Assembly: GCA_963753345.1 (NCBI GenBank) | Contig: CAVWBU010000041.1 | Span: forward strand, 64,001 to 128,000 | Source of the DNA: an uncultured Fibrobacterota bacterium | Lineage (GTDB): Bacteria > Fibrobacterota > Chitinivibrionia > Chitinivibrionales > FEN-1185 | DNA: 64,000 nt | Reading direction: 5' to 3' | Part shown: positions 49,360-60,900 of the stretch, piece after piece | Layout of the letters: the number at the start of each line of letters is the position of its first letter | Position numbering within the stretch: the first letter of the stretch is position 1 | Program-made: the position numbers and the translations under genes | Notes under the pieces: generated by a model | Seen by the model: only the letters and a program-made list of their open reading frames with translations | Databases searched by the model: none | What the model was told of the DNA's origin: nothing

Positions 49360-49754
49360 AAGTCCTGGTCGATACCTGTATTTGGTCCTATGCGCTTCGC
49401 CGTAAAAATCCAAACGTAGAAATAGAGACGGCATTGAAGGAAATTATCAAAGATGGTCGTTTGGCAATCATTGGCCCTATCCGCCAGGAAATCCTTTCCG
49501 GCATATCTAAGGAATCCCAATTTGAGTCCCTCAAAGAATACCTCTCTGCTTTTGAAGACGTCCCATTGATTTCCAGCCATTTTGTCAAAGCGGCGGAATT
49601 CAGCAATATCTGCATGAAAAAGGGCGTGCAAGGCTCAAACACCGATTTCCTGATATGTTCCGTAGCACATTTGGAAAACATAGCAATATTTACCACAGAT
49701 CTGGATTTTAGGAATTATCGAAAATACCTGCCGATAGAACTATTTGAAAAGTAG
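49356..49754 (+). CDS. vapC: VapC PIN-domain toxin
   Basis: VLVDTCIW, QEILSG, DFLI, TTDLDF. Confidence 0.9.
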   Translation: MKVLVDTCIWSYALRRKNPNVEIETALKEIIKDGRLAIIGPIRQEILSGISKESQFESLKEYLSAFEDVPLISSHFVKAAEFSNICMKKGVQGSNTDFLICSVAHLENIAIFTTDLDFRNYRKYLPIELFEK

Positions 49755-49965
49755 TAGGACGCCAGTTCCGTGTCCCCAAAAAGAAGATGCCCATGTCCGT
49801 TCGTGCTGAGCCTGTAGAAGCATGGATGCCATAGTGAAGACTTTAAAATACGCCTGTAAAAGTCCCTGCGAAATCATTCCTAAGATTTTTGATTGACTTC
49901 TTCTTCCGCCATCATTTAAACTATGAGAGGTGTTACATGCCTTTCCTTCTATGCCGGGTGGCCCT

Positions 49966-50196
49966 ATGATTACAGATAAGATCACCATTCGTGTCAAGCC
50001 TTCAATTGCCAAGGCTTTCAGGAGGGCGCCCGCCCGCCAGAGAAGGAAATTCGAGACGCTTGTCAACCTACGGCTGCTGGAAGCAACGAGCGCTCCATCT
50101 TCTCTCAGCGAAATCATGCGTCAAACAAGCCGAAATGCCAGCGCAAGGGGCTTGACGCCTGAAATCCTGCGGGAAATCCTCAATGAGAAATGCTGA
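49966..50196 (+). CDS. Putative antitoxin
   Basis: Small ORF ending ARGLTPEILREIL, overlapping the PIN gene. Confidence 0.7.
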   Translation: MITDKITIRVKPSIAKAFRRAPARQRRKFETLVNLRLLEATSAPSSLSEIMRQTSRNASARGLTPEILREILNEKC

Positions 50197-50599
50197 CCGT
50201 TTCGTTTTCGATACGAATGTGCTCGTCAGCGCGTTGTTGATCGATGGTTCAACTGCAAACAGAGCCTTTCGGCTCGCCTTGGACATCGGCTCAATTCTCG
50301 TATCTTCCGCCACTCTCCAGGAATTGAATGAAGTTTTAAGCCGGAAGAAATTCGAAAAATATATTTACCCCTATGAACGCGACGAATTCATTGAGTCATT
50401 GATTTCGGAAGCGACACTGATTGATATCACGAATGAATTGCACATTTGCCATGACCCGAAAGATAATATGTTCCTAGACCTTGCAGCTTCCGGGAACGCC
50501 GCATTCATCGTAAGCGGCGATGTCCACTTGCTGGAATTGAAGACGTTCCGTAAAACGCGAATAGTAAGGCCTGCTGAATTTATTTCCATCTGCCAATAA
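50183..50599 (+). CDS. Putative toxin, PIN family (PIN_3-type)
   Basis: VFDTNVLVSA, EL..VL.R.KF, CHDPKDN.FL, IVSGD.HLL. Confidence 0.88.
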   Translation: MRNADRFVFDTNVLVSALLIDGSTANRAFRLALDIGSILVSSATLQELNEVLSRKKFEKYIYPYERDEFIESLISEATLIDITNELHICHDPKDNMFLDLAASGNAAFIVSGDVHLLELKTFRKTRIVRPAEFISICQ

Positions 50600-50801
50600 C
50601 TGCCGGGCCAGAAAATTTCCCTTTCTTCCTATTCCTGAGGCGATCGAGGTTAACTTGCGCCCCGCGTGGCTGAGGGTCTAGGACGCATCCCTTTTTGAAA
50701 CGGCGAAAACAGCCCATCTTCCAAGGTCGGGGCGGCCGGCAATAAAAAGGGGGAGTTCGGTTGAACGCCCCTTGCTTTTTAGGAAATACCGGCGTCCCGG
50801 T

Positions 50802-52762
50802 TCAATTGATGTTCCCGTAGCTCCGGCGCCAGGAAATCTGCTGGCTTTGGGCCGGTACATAGAAAAGCATGTTGGTGGTGATTTTGATGTCCGAATTCGA
50901 GGAATGGCGCTCGGCGTAGAAAAAGTCGAAATTATAGGTCTGGTAGTTCACCATCGTGTCCGCAGGAACTAGTGCTCCCAAGGCACCTGTGTGCTTGAAA
51001 CAGGTATCAATAAGGACCGTCGCTTGCCCGTTAGTCGCAGTATTTTCATGAGGGCCTCCAAGGTCCATCACGAGCCTGTTGTTGAGAAACAGCCATATGT
51101 CGTCGTCTCCGATGAAATAAAACGTGTCATTCGGCGTCTTGACAAAGGTGCGGCTCATTGTCATGGTGAATGCGAAGTTATGGGGCCATACCCCCGGCGG
51201 CAAGTGGGTCTTGCTTGTGTCTGGATCCGGAAATGTATCGTTCGTTTTCTGATAGGCTGCGGCCCACTCAGTCCCGAAACCTCTGCCATCCAAAGGCCAG
51301 AAACCTGACTGGTCATATTTGTATGTGCCTGTTGCGGCGTTTACGAGGGTAAATGTCAGACTGTCATTAAACATGATATTCTTAAAGGCCGTGTCATTGG
51401 GGGGTGACGTTCTTTCAAATATAGGGTGTCGAAAATTGTCACTCCCTTCCACCTCACTTGCAGATGCGTTTCCCCATTCCCCCGAACACCCTGCTTTCCC
51501 AGCGTCTGAAGTCCCATTGTTTACTGGACAGTCCCAGGGTTCGAAGGGGGAGCAACGCCTCCACCGCTTGAGGGTCTTTCCACAGGCGGAGCTGTCCACC
51601 GTGGTATATTGCAAAGTCGTGTTGTGATAAACCGGTATTATTGTATCTGCCAATGTATCTCTCGATTTCCAGGGACGGAACCATTTCGCGATATTAGCGC
51701 ACAAAACAGTATCTGGTCCACAAACCGGTTTACGGTCCGAATCCAGGAAAGTTCCGACCATGTTCTTATTATTAGTATCCGTACATGGCTGCTCAAACTC
51801 AGGGTTTGTCCTGTCGGAATGAAAATCGTAGTAGGTCACCGCCACTTCTGCCGTGGCTCCGGGGGTTGTGAATCCGCCCCCATACGACCGGTCGATATCC
51901 TGTGTAAGCGGTGTCTCGAAAATGCTGCCCCACTTAGAATTCAATTGGAGGGACCTCACATTGATGGTATAGTCGTTTGGATTACCAGCGTTCCCGGCTA
52001 TTGTATAGAATACATAAAAATTGCCAACAGTTACGGTGCAGGGAGCAGCACTGAAAGTAGGAGGAGTGAGACACGGTCCTTCATGATTGTTAAAAGCTTT
52101 AGTCCCATAACATACGTTAGGTGCCGAACCTGATACTAGAGTGATCGAGAGACGCAAACGCTGATTGGAAAAGGCTATTGAGCTGGCACTTGTTGTCAAA
52201 GGACACCTAGGTTGTGTCCGGTACCGGTGCATGTCAATTGGGCTGCGGTACCAATCTGTGTTGGACTAGTCCCATCACTAGCAGTTTGATAGAGGTCAAC
52301 TTCCATTATTCCTTAACCACTCGGCTCAGTGTAAGTTAGAGAATCTATCCAAGTTCCTGCAGAATAAGTTCCGTTTAAAACGTTTGAGTACCAATGGGAG
52401 GCGTGCCGAGGGAGTAAAAATTTGCCAGCCGGTTGTAAAGCCAGAAGTGTCTGCTTTCAAGATACCTTTTGCACTGGGACTGACTCCCGTAGGAGGAGTC
52501 GCGCCGATGTACAATGTGGTGCCGAGTGTCCCCGTCCAGTTCGACATCTGCGAGTCTATTACCGCCTGCGAAAGCACGGTCATCATTCCGTCCGCAGCGT
52601 AAAACGACTGAAGCTTGCTTCTGTAATTTTTCGCGATGGTGAGTTCATGGCCGCACTGGTGATCATCCCGATGCCAACCGCGACAACGGCCAGCATGATA
52701 AGCATGGCCACCACCATGACCACACCCGGTGAATTTTTCAGGGTTTTGAATAAGGATTTCAT
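50802..52762 (-). CDS. pilX: PilX-like pilin N-terminus plus C-terminal fibro-slime domain; fragmented by several indels
   Basis: 52762: MKSLFK..PG|VVMVVAMLIML. One added base near 52642 gives TIAKNYRSKLQSFYAADG. C-terminus has YYDFH, HNFAFTM, FIGDDDIWLFLN..LVMDLGGPH, FDFFYAERH. Further breaks at 52200-52420. Confidence 0.7.
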
Positions 52763-52787
52763 CGTCTTCCTCCCCACGTTGGAAATG

Positions 52788-53582
52788 TCAGAACCTGTTC
52801 CTAAATCTTAAGACCATGCTGAGCGCAAGCCGGTGATACCCGTCGCCAAAGCCGGGGCACTTGTACTTGGGATCCTGGGACGCGGTTCGCGCGCGTACGT
52901 AAAGTGAACAGGAGCTCATATGTGCCCAGTCGGTTGTTGCCACATGGGTGGAGTCGAAAAAGGCCATGGCGAGCAAATCTATGTTTTCCGCCAAGACCGT
53001 GGATGTTGAATTAAGGCAGAAGTCCGTATTGTTTGTGAAAAAACGTTCTGTTGAGGCTGCATAAACAATATCACCGGATTTGAGCGTTGTGGTTGCCGGG
53101 GATTTGAGGTACACCGTATCGGGTGTTGATGAGGTTTTGACACTATCGATCTGTTTGGTGACTGGAACTCCCCTGCCCGTATCGACGACTACGGAATCCG
53201 CGCCTATGAAACTGGTTCCGCTGTCAACAGGAATTTTTGCCGACCCTGATAAGGAAACGACCATCTGCTGCGCTGCGCCTTTTCTATTCACCCTGAGCGT
53301 TACATCATTGGTGGGCGAACTGGACGCATAGATTACTGTGTAGAGTGAATCCGGCAGTGCACCGCCAGCCTGGGACATTTCCTCGGTTAGTTTTTTAATT
53401 GTGTACGTCGCGTTCTGGTACATGTCGGTCATCTGTTCCTGTAGGTTATAGCTCCACAAACTCTGGGTCAGCAAGCGGTACACGCCGAGAATGACAAGCG
53501 CTCCGGCGGCCATGGTAATGAGGAGCTCCACCAAGGTAGTTCCACGCGCTGCTTGTTTCCCTTTTTTCGCCGCACCGCTCAT
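52788..53582 (-). CDS. pilW: PilW-like minor pilin
   Basis: Prepilin site RG|TTLVELL; EEMSQAG; C-terminal LRFRN. Confidence 0.8.
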   Translation of the reverse strand: MSGAAKKGKQAARGTTLVELLITMAAGALVILGVYRLLTQSLWSYNLQEQMTDMYQNATYTIKKLTEEMSQAGGALPDSLYTVIYASSSPTNDVTLRVNRKGAAQQMVVSLSGSAKIPVDSGTSFIGADSVVVDTGRGVPVTKQIDSVKTSSTPDTVYLKSPATTTLKSGDIVYAASTERFFTNNTDFCLNSTSTVLAENIDLLAMAFFDSTHVATTDWAHMSSCSLYVRARTASQDPKYKCPGFGDGYHRLALSMVLRFRNRF

Positions 53583-53607
53583 CTGTCAAGCTCCGGCGAT
53601 CTTGTGA

Positions 53608-54055
53608 TCAAAAATTCTTTGCAATGCGAGTTTCCACTTTCAAGCTGTCGGTTGGCTTGCACCCCGCCCACCATGCAGTAAGATTCACCTTGAATACATC
53701 GGTAATCAAATGCCCGTGTGGATCATGCAATGTGTCGTATGCATGCCATCTCACCGACATCCACGGGATTACACTGTTGTCAACGACAACCGAATCCCTG
53801 TTATCAAAGCCCGTTTTGAACGTCGTGAAATTTGTTACCGGGATTCTTGGCGATGAACATTCTCTGCTTTTCGATCTGTTTTTCCACCACCTGGCCCGCC
53901 AGAATAAGCTTGTTCGTGGCCGACGACTGGGACCACGAAGTCTTTTGCCACATGAGAACGGCAACGGCGCTTGTCGCGATTATTATCATTGCGAGAAGCA
54001 CTTCCACCATCGTGAACCCGTTTGCTCCCTTGGGGACGGCGTTCGTCATTTCCAT
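53608..54055 (-). CDS. pilV: PilV-like minor pilin, +1 frameshift at 53840-53842
   Basis: AGGAGG RBS; NG|FTMVEVL; continues in 53608..53964. Confidence 0.75.
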
Positions 54056-54068
54056 TGTCTGTTTCCTC

Positions 54069-54576
54069 CTATTGCACTTTATACCGACCAGTGCTCGGCA
54101 AGACACTTATGGTACGGATGGTTCCCAGCGAGTTCTTTACGATAATTGAACCGCCGTTCTTTGCGGACCCGTCGCCGCGGAACACCACCACGCTGTCGGT
54201 GATACCTCCTGCGGCGACCGGCGGCAGGCTGTCCACTACTCCGTTGGGAGCATTGTATTGACCCATGTACATAGGATCGCTGTTCCAATCGTAATGGTTC
54301 AGTATGCCGGCAGGAAGGTCCAAGAAGACAAACGACCTGTTCGGTGTCACCCTCCTGTCAATATAAACTCCAACATGTATGTTAGGGTCCGCAATGGCAC
54401 GTGTTCGCGCAATTATAAGCTGACGTTTGATGGCGTTGGCTGCCGTACGCAGCTTGATGGTTCCGACCATTACGGACATCTTCGGGAGTGGCAAGCGCGG
54501 CAAGCAAGCCGATAATGAGAACAATTACAAGGAGTTCTACAATAGTGTACCCAAAACTTCCGTTGGCAGGTTTCAT
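54069..54576 (-). CDS. fimT: FimT/GspH-like minor pilin, +1 frameshift at 54484-54486
   Basis: FG|YTIVELLV..IIGLLAALA.P; ARTRAI; VVFRGDG; TGR at the C-terminus. Confidence 0.75.
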
Positions 54577-54902
54577 ATCAGACCACCCAGCACCAGACAT
54601 TCGGGACGTATTCTCCCATTTTATTACCAAATAATTATACCGCTAAGCCTGCCTTTATTCAACAAGATAATCATATATTTTATGGCTTCTTTGGGAACAA
54701 ATACCCAATATTAATCATATTTTCAAAGTATTCCTGATGTTTTTTCAATATATTTAGTGTGAAACGGGATCTTTTAACGCGTTTTAATTGAAGCGATTAA
54801 GCGGTATTCGCAAAAGGCAATCAACGAAAAAAGTTGCTTCATTTTGCAATGGTTAAGCGATAAAGCCAAATGTCCAGTTCTCTTCCCAGGAGGCGATCCA
54901 CC

Positions 54903-57299
54903 ATGAAGTTGATGCAACAGCTCTTGCTTGCGGCCACCACCATCTTCATCTTTGCAATTGCCCCCGCGTTCCCGCAGGTCCAGGTCGGCGCCGGGTCCTA
55001 TGTGACAACAGGGAATTTCACGGTGCCGGACCATTCCCCTTTCATTACCTCGGATTTCTCGCAAAAAGTGATCTGCGACAAGTGGTGGGTAACGCTCATA
55101 AACCAGCAGTTCTCGTCCCCCATGTGGGCGCACCCGATATCCTACCAGACAAACGCCGGCGGGCTCGACATGGGATACCCGGGCCCAGCCGTCAACACCG
55201 GCGGCGGGTACTCCAATTCGCACAACAGGGACATCACCGTGGGAATCGACGGCCTTAACGCGACCTCGTCGCCGGTCGCCGGTTACTCGCATTTCAGCGT
55301 GACCGCGCGGTGGACTTCGGGCGCGCTCACCATGGAAGCCACCATGCCCCAGGGAATACCGTTCGCCTATTTCAAGATAACGGGCGGCAACGCGAAGATC
55401 ACTTTTGCCGGCACCCCGACAATCTGGTACAATCAGGGAGCCGTGGTGGCGGCGACCGTAAACGGCCACAACTACGGCATCTTCGCGCCCACGGGCGCGA
55501 CCTGGAGCGGAACCGGGACTATGACGTCGTCGCTCGCGGGCAAGGACTACCTTTCCGTGGCGCTCCTGCCCGACAACACCCCGGCGACGCTCACGTTCTT
55601 CCTGAGCTACGCATACACTTTTGTCAAGGAAACGCGGGTGAACTGGGTGTACAACGAACCGGCCGCGATCCTCACCTCCACGTTCAGCATTGTTCCGGAC
55701 ATCAAGGAAGGGTCCGAGACGGGAACGATTTTCGCCGTGTTCCGCCACCAGTGGATCAGCATGCCCGGGCCGTTTCTGAGCTACACCTATCAGAGCGCAC
55801 GCGGGATCATGAAGGTGGTTTCGGGGCCGAGTTTTTCCACGCAGATGAAATTCAACGGCATTCTCACGACAATGCCGGATGTCGGCGTCGACATGCCCAC
55901 CCTCAACGGGCTCGTCCAGGGCGAAGGCGTGCCCACTTCCGTGGGCTCCGGCGGATGCACCTACAACAAGGACATGGGCAGGTTTGCGCAACTGTGCGAA
56001 GAGGCGAACCTCGCAGGCAACACCGCCAAGCGCGACGCGATACTCGCCGGCCTCAAGGCAGGCCTTCAAAACTGGTTTACTGCCGACGGCAACCCGGAGT
56101 TCTATTACCACAAGCCGTGGAACAGGCTTATCGGGTATCCCGCTTGCTATTACTCGGATACGCGTCTCACCGACCATCATTTCCACTACGGTTACTACCT
56201 CCGCGCGGCGGCCGTGGTTGCGCAGTACGACACCACATGGGCCAAGCCGTCGAACTGGGGCGGCATGGTGCAGATGCTCATCCGGGACGTCAATTCGTGG
56301 GACGACAACGACTCGCTGTTCGGCCGTTTCAGCTACTTCGAGCCCTATGAGGGCCACGGATGGGCCGACGGCATAGGCTTTACAACCGGCGACAACCAGG
56401 AGTCGTCGTCGGAGTCCATGAACTTCAACGCAGGACTTATTCTCTGGGGAGCCATGACCGGCAACAAAACGCTCCGCGACCAGGGGATTTTCATGTATGT
56501 CAATGAAGCTCGCGCCATCGAGCAATACTGGTGGGACGTGGATCATGTCACCTTTCCGACGGGATACACCCACACGTGCGTCGGCATGGTGTGGAGCAAC
56601 GGCGGCGCCTACGGAACGTGGTTCTCCGGCGGGGGCAGCGCGATCCACGGCATCAATTTCCTGCCCAATACTGCGGGGCACATGTATTACGGTCGATGCC
56701 CCGACTACATCCCTCTCAACTACAACGAAGGATTTGACGGCGGGTGGTCCGATCTCTTCTACGAATTCCTCGCCTATTCCGACGCTGCGACCGCAATGCA
56801 GAAGTACAACGCCGGCACGAGCATCGAAGGCGGCAATACCAAAGCCGCGTGCTACAACGAGATTGCATCCCTCAACACTGCGGGAAGGCTTGACACAGCG
56901 GTAACCGGCAGCACGCCCACCTATGGAGTCTTTGACAAGGGAAACGTGCGGACCTATTGCGCCTTCAACCCGGACAACGCCGACAAAACCGTCGTGTTCA
57001 ACGACGGCTTCACCATGGATGTGCCTGCAAAAAAACAATTGTGCACCACGGGGCCGGTCAGGCCGGTTTCGGTGCGGAACAGGGTGATGGAAGGGCAGTC
57101 GATTATCCCGGGGCTGGAGAGAATCTTCTGTTCTACCGGTGAAATCCGTCTGCCCCGGCTCAATGCGCAAACAAAGTCGGCCGTACTGTTCGATGCGCAA
57201 GGAAGGGCGGTATGGATGTCCGGCGTGCGTTCGGGGATACCGCTTTCGGAACCGCAATCGCTTGCAAACGGCGTGTACCTGCTCAGGCAGTTCAAGTAA
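54903..57299 (+). CDS. Secreted GH81 endo-beta-1,3-glucanase
   Basis: AGGAGG RBS; signal peptide; QVQVGAGSY; DHHFHYGY; GHGWADG; NQESSSE; C-terminal tail FDAQGR..GVY. Confidence 0.9.
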   Translation: MKLMQQLLLAATTIFIFAIAPAFPQVQVGAGSYVTTGNFTVPDHSPFITSDFSQKVICDKWWVTLINQQFSSPMWAHPISYQTNAGGLDMGYPGPAVNTGGGYSNSHNRDITVGIDGLNATSSPVAGYSHFSVTARWTSGALTMEATMPQGIPFAYFKITGGNAKITFAGTPTIWYNQGAVVAATVNGHNYGIFAPTGATWSGTGTMTSSLAGKDYLSVALLPDNTPATLTFFLSYAYTFVKETRVNWVYNEPAAILTSTFSIVPDIKEGSETGTIFAVFRHQWISMPGPFLSYTYQSARGIMKVVSGPSFSTQMKFNGILTTMPDVGVDMPTLNGLVQGEGVPTSVGSGGCTYNKDMGRFAQLCEEANLAGNTAKRDAILAGLKAGLQNWFTADGNPEFYYHKPWNRLIGYPACYYSDTRLTDHHFHYGYYLRAAAVVAQYDTTWAKPSNWGGMVQMLIRDVNSWDDNDSLFGRFSYFEPYEGHGWADGIGFTTGDNQESSSESMNFNAGLILWGAMTGNKTLRDQGIFMYVNEARAIEQYWWDVDHVTFPTGYTHTCVGMVWSNGGAYGTWFSGGGSAIHGINFLPNTAGHMYYGRCPDYIPLNYNEGFDGGWSDLFYEFLAYSDAATAMQKYNAGTSIEGGNTKAACYNEIASLNTAGRLDTAVTGSTPTYGVFDKGNVRTYCAFNPDNADKTVVFNDGFTMDVPAKKQLCTTGPVRPVSVRNRVMEGQSIIPGLERIFCSTGEIRLPRLNAQTKSAVLFDAQGRAVWMSGVRSGIPLSEPQSLANGVYLLRQFK

Positions 57300-57330
57300 G
57301 ACGGATGGTCGGGAACGATGTTGACATGAT

Positions 57331-57365
57331 AAGAGCCGTCCCGCGCTGGGACGGCTCTTCATTTT
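57331..57365. terminator. Intrinsic terminator between convergent genes
   Basis: aagagccgtccc-gcgct-gggacggctctt. Confidence 0.8.
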
Positions 57366-57390
57366 TCGGGCAGCACTGCCGCGCTGTTCG

Positions 57391-57729
57391 CTATGCGGCG
57401 ATCTCAACCGCCGACTTGCGCAGGTTTCTCTTGAGAAAATGTATCCTGCGGCGGATGTGCTTGAGGTCCTGGTGCTTTCCTGCCTTGACCGCTTCTTCAC
57501 GCTTCGCCTTGAGGGCCTTGATTTTTTCCTTGAGCCTCACCTTGACTCCGCCAACGGCGACCTTGTGATGGGCCAGCATGGGAATCGAAAGAGCCGTGCA
57601 GAGCTTCTCGAGGAGATGCTCTTTGTTAAGCTGGGAATACCCCTGCAGCGCATCGTGCTGGATGCCTGCTGCGATGTCGCGAAGTTCGGCCACCGTCTTC
57701 TTCTTGAGTTCCTCGTACGTGTGGGACAT
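57391..57729 (-). CDS. Small basic protein with Rho-N-terminal-like helix-extension-helix
   Basis: GAAGGAG RBS; LKKKTVAELRDIA...GYSQLNKEHL. Confidence 0.75.
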   Translation of the reverse strand: MSHTYEELKKKTVAELRDIAAGIQHDALQGYSQLNKEHLLEKLCTALSIPMLAHHKVAVGGVKVRLKEKIKALKAKREEAVKAGKHQDLKHIRRRIHFLKRNLRKSAVEIAA

Positions 57730-57920
57730 GCGTCGTTCTCCTTCGTGCTGGTGTGCGGCCGGCATGGCCGGAATCTGTGCATTAAAAGTAAGATTTGCGA
57801 CCGGCGAAAACAATACCTTCTGAGGCAAAAAAAATGCCGGCCCGCGTTTCCCGGACCGGCCCGGTCATCCTGTTGCGCAAAAGTGACAAAGTAACAGAGT
57901 GACAAAGTAATTCTTTGTTT

Positions 57921-57960
57921 TCAACTTCTCAACTTCTCAACCTCTCAACTCCTCAACTTC
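57921..57960. repeat. Octamer tandem repeat (TCAACTTC)x5
   Basis: tcaacttc tcaacttc tcaacctc tcaactcc tcaacttc. Confidence 0.85.
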
Positions 57961-57961
57961 T

Positions 57962-60900
57962 TCACGGCAAATACGTCATTCTCTTCTCAAAGATCCCGCC
58001 GGGCCTATTGCTTTCGTCAAGCGCGGTCATCCGCACCACATACATGCCCGCCGCCACACGACGCCGGTCGAACGAACGGCCGTCCCAGTCGATCTCACGC
58101 ATCCCAGCTCGGCCGCGCTCGTCCACCGTCTGCTGCCACACCATTCTGCCACGAAGGTCGTATATCGCAAACTTCACGCTGCTCACCCCGGAGCCGGGAA
58201 CCGAGTATCTGATCCGCACCAGCGAGGATGCCGGGTTCGGAGAAATTCCCACAAACGCCAGCGTCGCGCTCCTCAGCACAAGCGCGGCTTTGGCCAGGTA
58301 CGCAGGCGTGCCCACGGCCAGAACCCTCAGTTCCATGCCGCCCGCGGCTACGGTCACCGTTGCCGCGCCTGAGGAGAAATTCTCAACCGAACCGGTCTTC
58401 TCGTTGAATGCCCGCGCCACCAGACCCTTGGGAAGCGGGCTCTGGTTCGCAAGACGGTACGAAATGGCGGCCGCCTGATCGCCGTCGTTGACAAACGCAA
58501 GCGTGAACATGCTGCCCCCGCCCGCTGTACCGTGCGCAAGAGCGTGGCCGTACACCTTGTTCTTTGTGCCGTCGAGCACGCCCACATATGCCTTCTCGAA
58601 CGTCGGCGGCACCGGGAAATAGCTCGTCGCGGCGCTCTTGGCCTCGCTGTACCCGCAGAAAACAGGGCTCAATTTCGAACCGTCGGAAAGATTTGACGTG
58701 ACCGAAACAACCCAGCCGCTCCCGGCGGTCCGCTTTGCCACGCCGTAGCTGGACATGGTTTTCGGGATGGGCGGCACCTGGAGCGTCACCGGGACCGACA
58801 ACGGGTTGAAAACCGTATAGCCCGTAAAGTCCTGCGAGCTGAGCACCACACTCTTGTCCACTATTGCAAATGCCTGGAAGAAAATGGGGCTCGAAAGGTA
58901 CCGGTGGCTTGCCGAGTCCTGCACCCACGAATAGATCTGGAGGGTGTCCGCGACCGCGCCCGTTGAATCGATGATCTCGCCCACCCGGACGTCGAACCGG
59001 TACGGAACCGTAAAATCGGCCCAGCTGTTCGCAGGAAGCTGAATCGCGTACGACGCGCGGAGCGTGGGCGTCACGCCGGAACCGAAATTCACCGGCACGC
59101 TCGTCCGGCCCTTCTCCCACACCAGCGTGCCCGGGCTCATGGCGAAATCGTTTGCCGTGGCGTCCGAATATTCCACCCAGTTCAACGTGCTCGAAGGGTT
59201 TGTCTGGCCGGGATTCCACCGGAACAGCCGCATCTGTTGCTTGTCGTACTTCCACCCCGCCCCGAACGCCGGCGCGAGCGCGCTGTCCTTGAGCCACGCC
59301 GTCACCCGAAGCGGCATCCACGCATTCTGGAGGGTCATGATAAAATCCGAACTGTCGGGCCGCAGCACCTGCCGCGAAACGTTCTGCGTGACGGTATTGA
59401 CGCCGTCGCTCACTACCACCATCGCGCGCAGACCGTTCTCCTTTGTAACGTACGGGCTGGGAATCACCACGGGAATCGTAGCCTGCAGGGCGGCAAGCGT
59501 GCCGCTGTCCGCGTCCCCATTGGAAAACGCATCCCCGCCCCTCGTGAACGAATACGCATACGTCACGTTGGCGCAGTTGTCGCTGATGTAAAGCGTGTCG
59601 AACACATCGGTCAATGGCGGCAGCGTATCGGCATGGAACCCCCGTTTCACCGTGGGCGCCACGGTGTCGATAAGCGCAACGTAGGTATACGAGAGCGTGT
59701 CGGCGGGTTTCGTTCTCGTCGACGCAAAGGCGCTGTTGGCGCTCGACGAGCGGTCCACGTACCACAGCCCGTTCTTGAGTTGATAAATGCGAACCGATGA
59801 CGCGGTGTAGTTCGCGGGAAACGCGAAGAGCTTGAGATCGATGGTGAACGGCGCCGTCGACTGGTATTTCGAGAAGTAGAACGGCACGCTCATCTGCACA
59901 AAGCCGGGGAGGCTGGCCGGGGTGAGCCCGCTAAAGTAGCGGATGACCCCCACCGTGGGCGTCACGTCGGCAACCGCAACCGAATCGGTGACGATGAGAA
60001 TGTTGCCGTTGAACACCGAGTTCGTGTCGCCCGGCGATTTGGTGAAATAGGTGACCTGCTGCCAGTTGTACGTCGGGCTCGCCACTCTCATCTCCGAGCT
60101 GTCGGTCGGATCGGTGAGCGTCCCGTTGACCCGCCTTTCCCACAGCGCAACATAATAAAACGTAGTGTCGGCAGTGCTCGCGCTGAACACGAGCGGCTCG
60201 CGGAGCTTGACAACCGTGTCGCCCGTCGGTGCATTGACGGACACTATCTGGTGAACGCTCGTGTCCGCCGTGGGATACCCGCTCAGGGAATACGAAATGC
60301 CGATTTCCAGAGTATCGAGAACCGTCTTGGTCACATTCCATTTTACGTGGATCGCGTTGTTCACGGTGTCGAACGTGAGACTTGTGATCTTGACGGTATT
60401 AACGGGAAGCTTGCCCGAGGGGGGCGGCGTGGTGGCGCTCGCGCTCGCCGAGTCGGTCACAAAGGACCATTGCCCGTCCCAAAACACCTGGCCGCCGAAG
60501 TAGTACGTCGTCGGGCCGGTAAGATTCGAAACCGCAAGCTGCGTATCGAGCACCGAAACCGCGCTTATAGAATCGTACGGCGGCGACGTGAAATCGGTCT
60601 GGTTCACCGGCACCTTTCCTGTGGTGCTGTACCAGAAGCGTATGCTGCTCACCGAGTTGCCGACCGGCCTCCAGGATAGAAGGATCACAGAGGGGCTCAT
60701 GGCCTTTGCCGTGAGGAAAATCGGATTTGCCGGGCGGTTCTCTCCCGCAAGGAAGTAGGAGGTATTCGCTGAGCTTTGCTTGTGATTCTTTCCTTTAAGG
60801 GCAACCGCGCAGAGCAGCTTCTTCTGCGTACCGGTATTGAACAGAGCATTTGCGACGCCGATGGTGTCGTGGCCGCCGTTGGCGGTTATCATGGCAGACA

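Noticed and set aside
54774-57500. 908-aa minus-strand ORF
   Set aside because: Antisense shadow of the GH81 gene, with no recognisable motifs; typical of GC-rich codon bias.
57879-57960. CRISPR array
   Set aside because: 8-bp tandem units without spacers; no cas genes.
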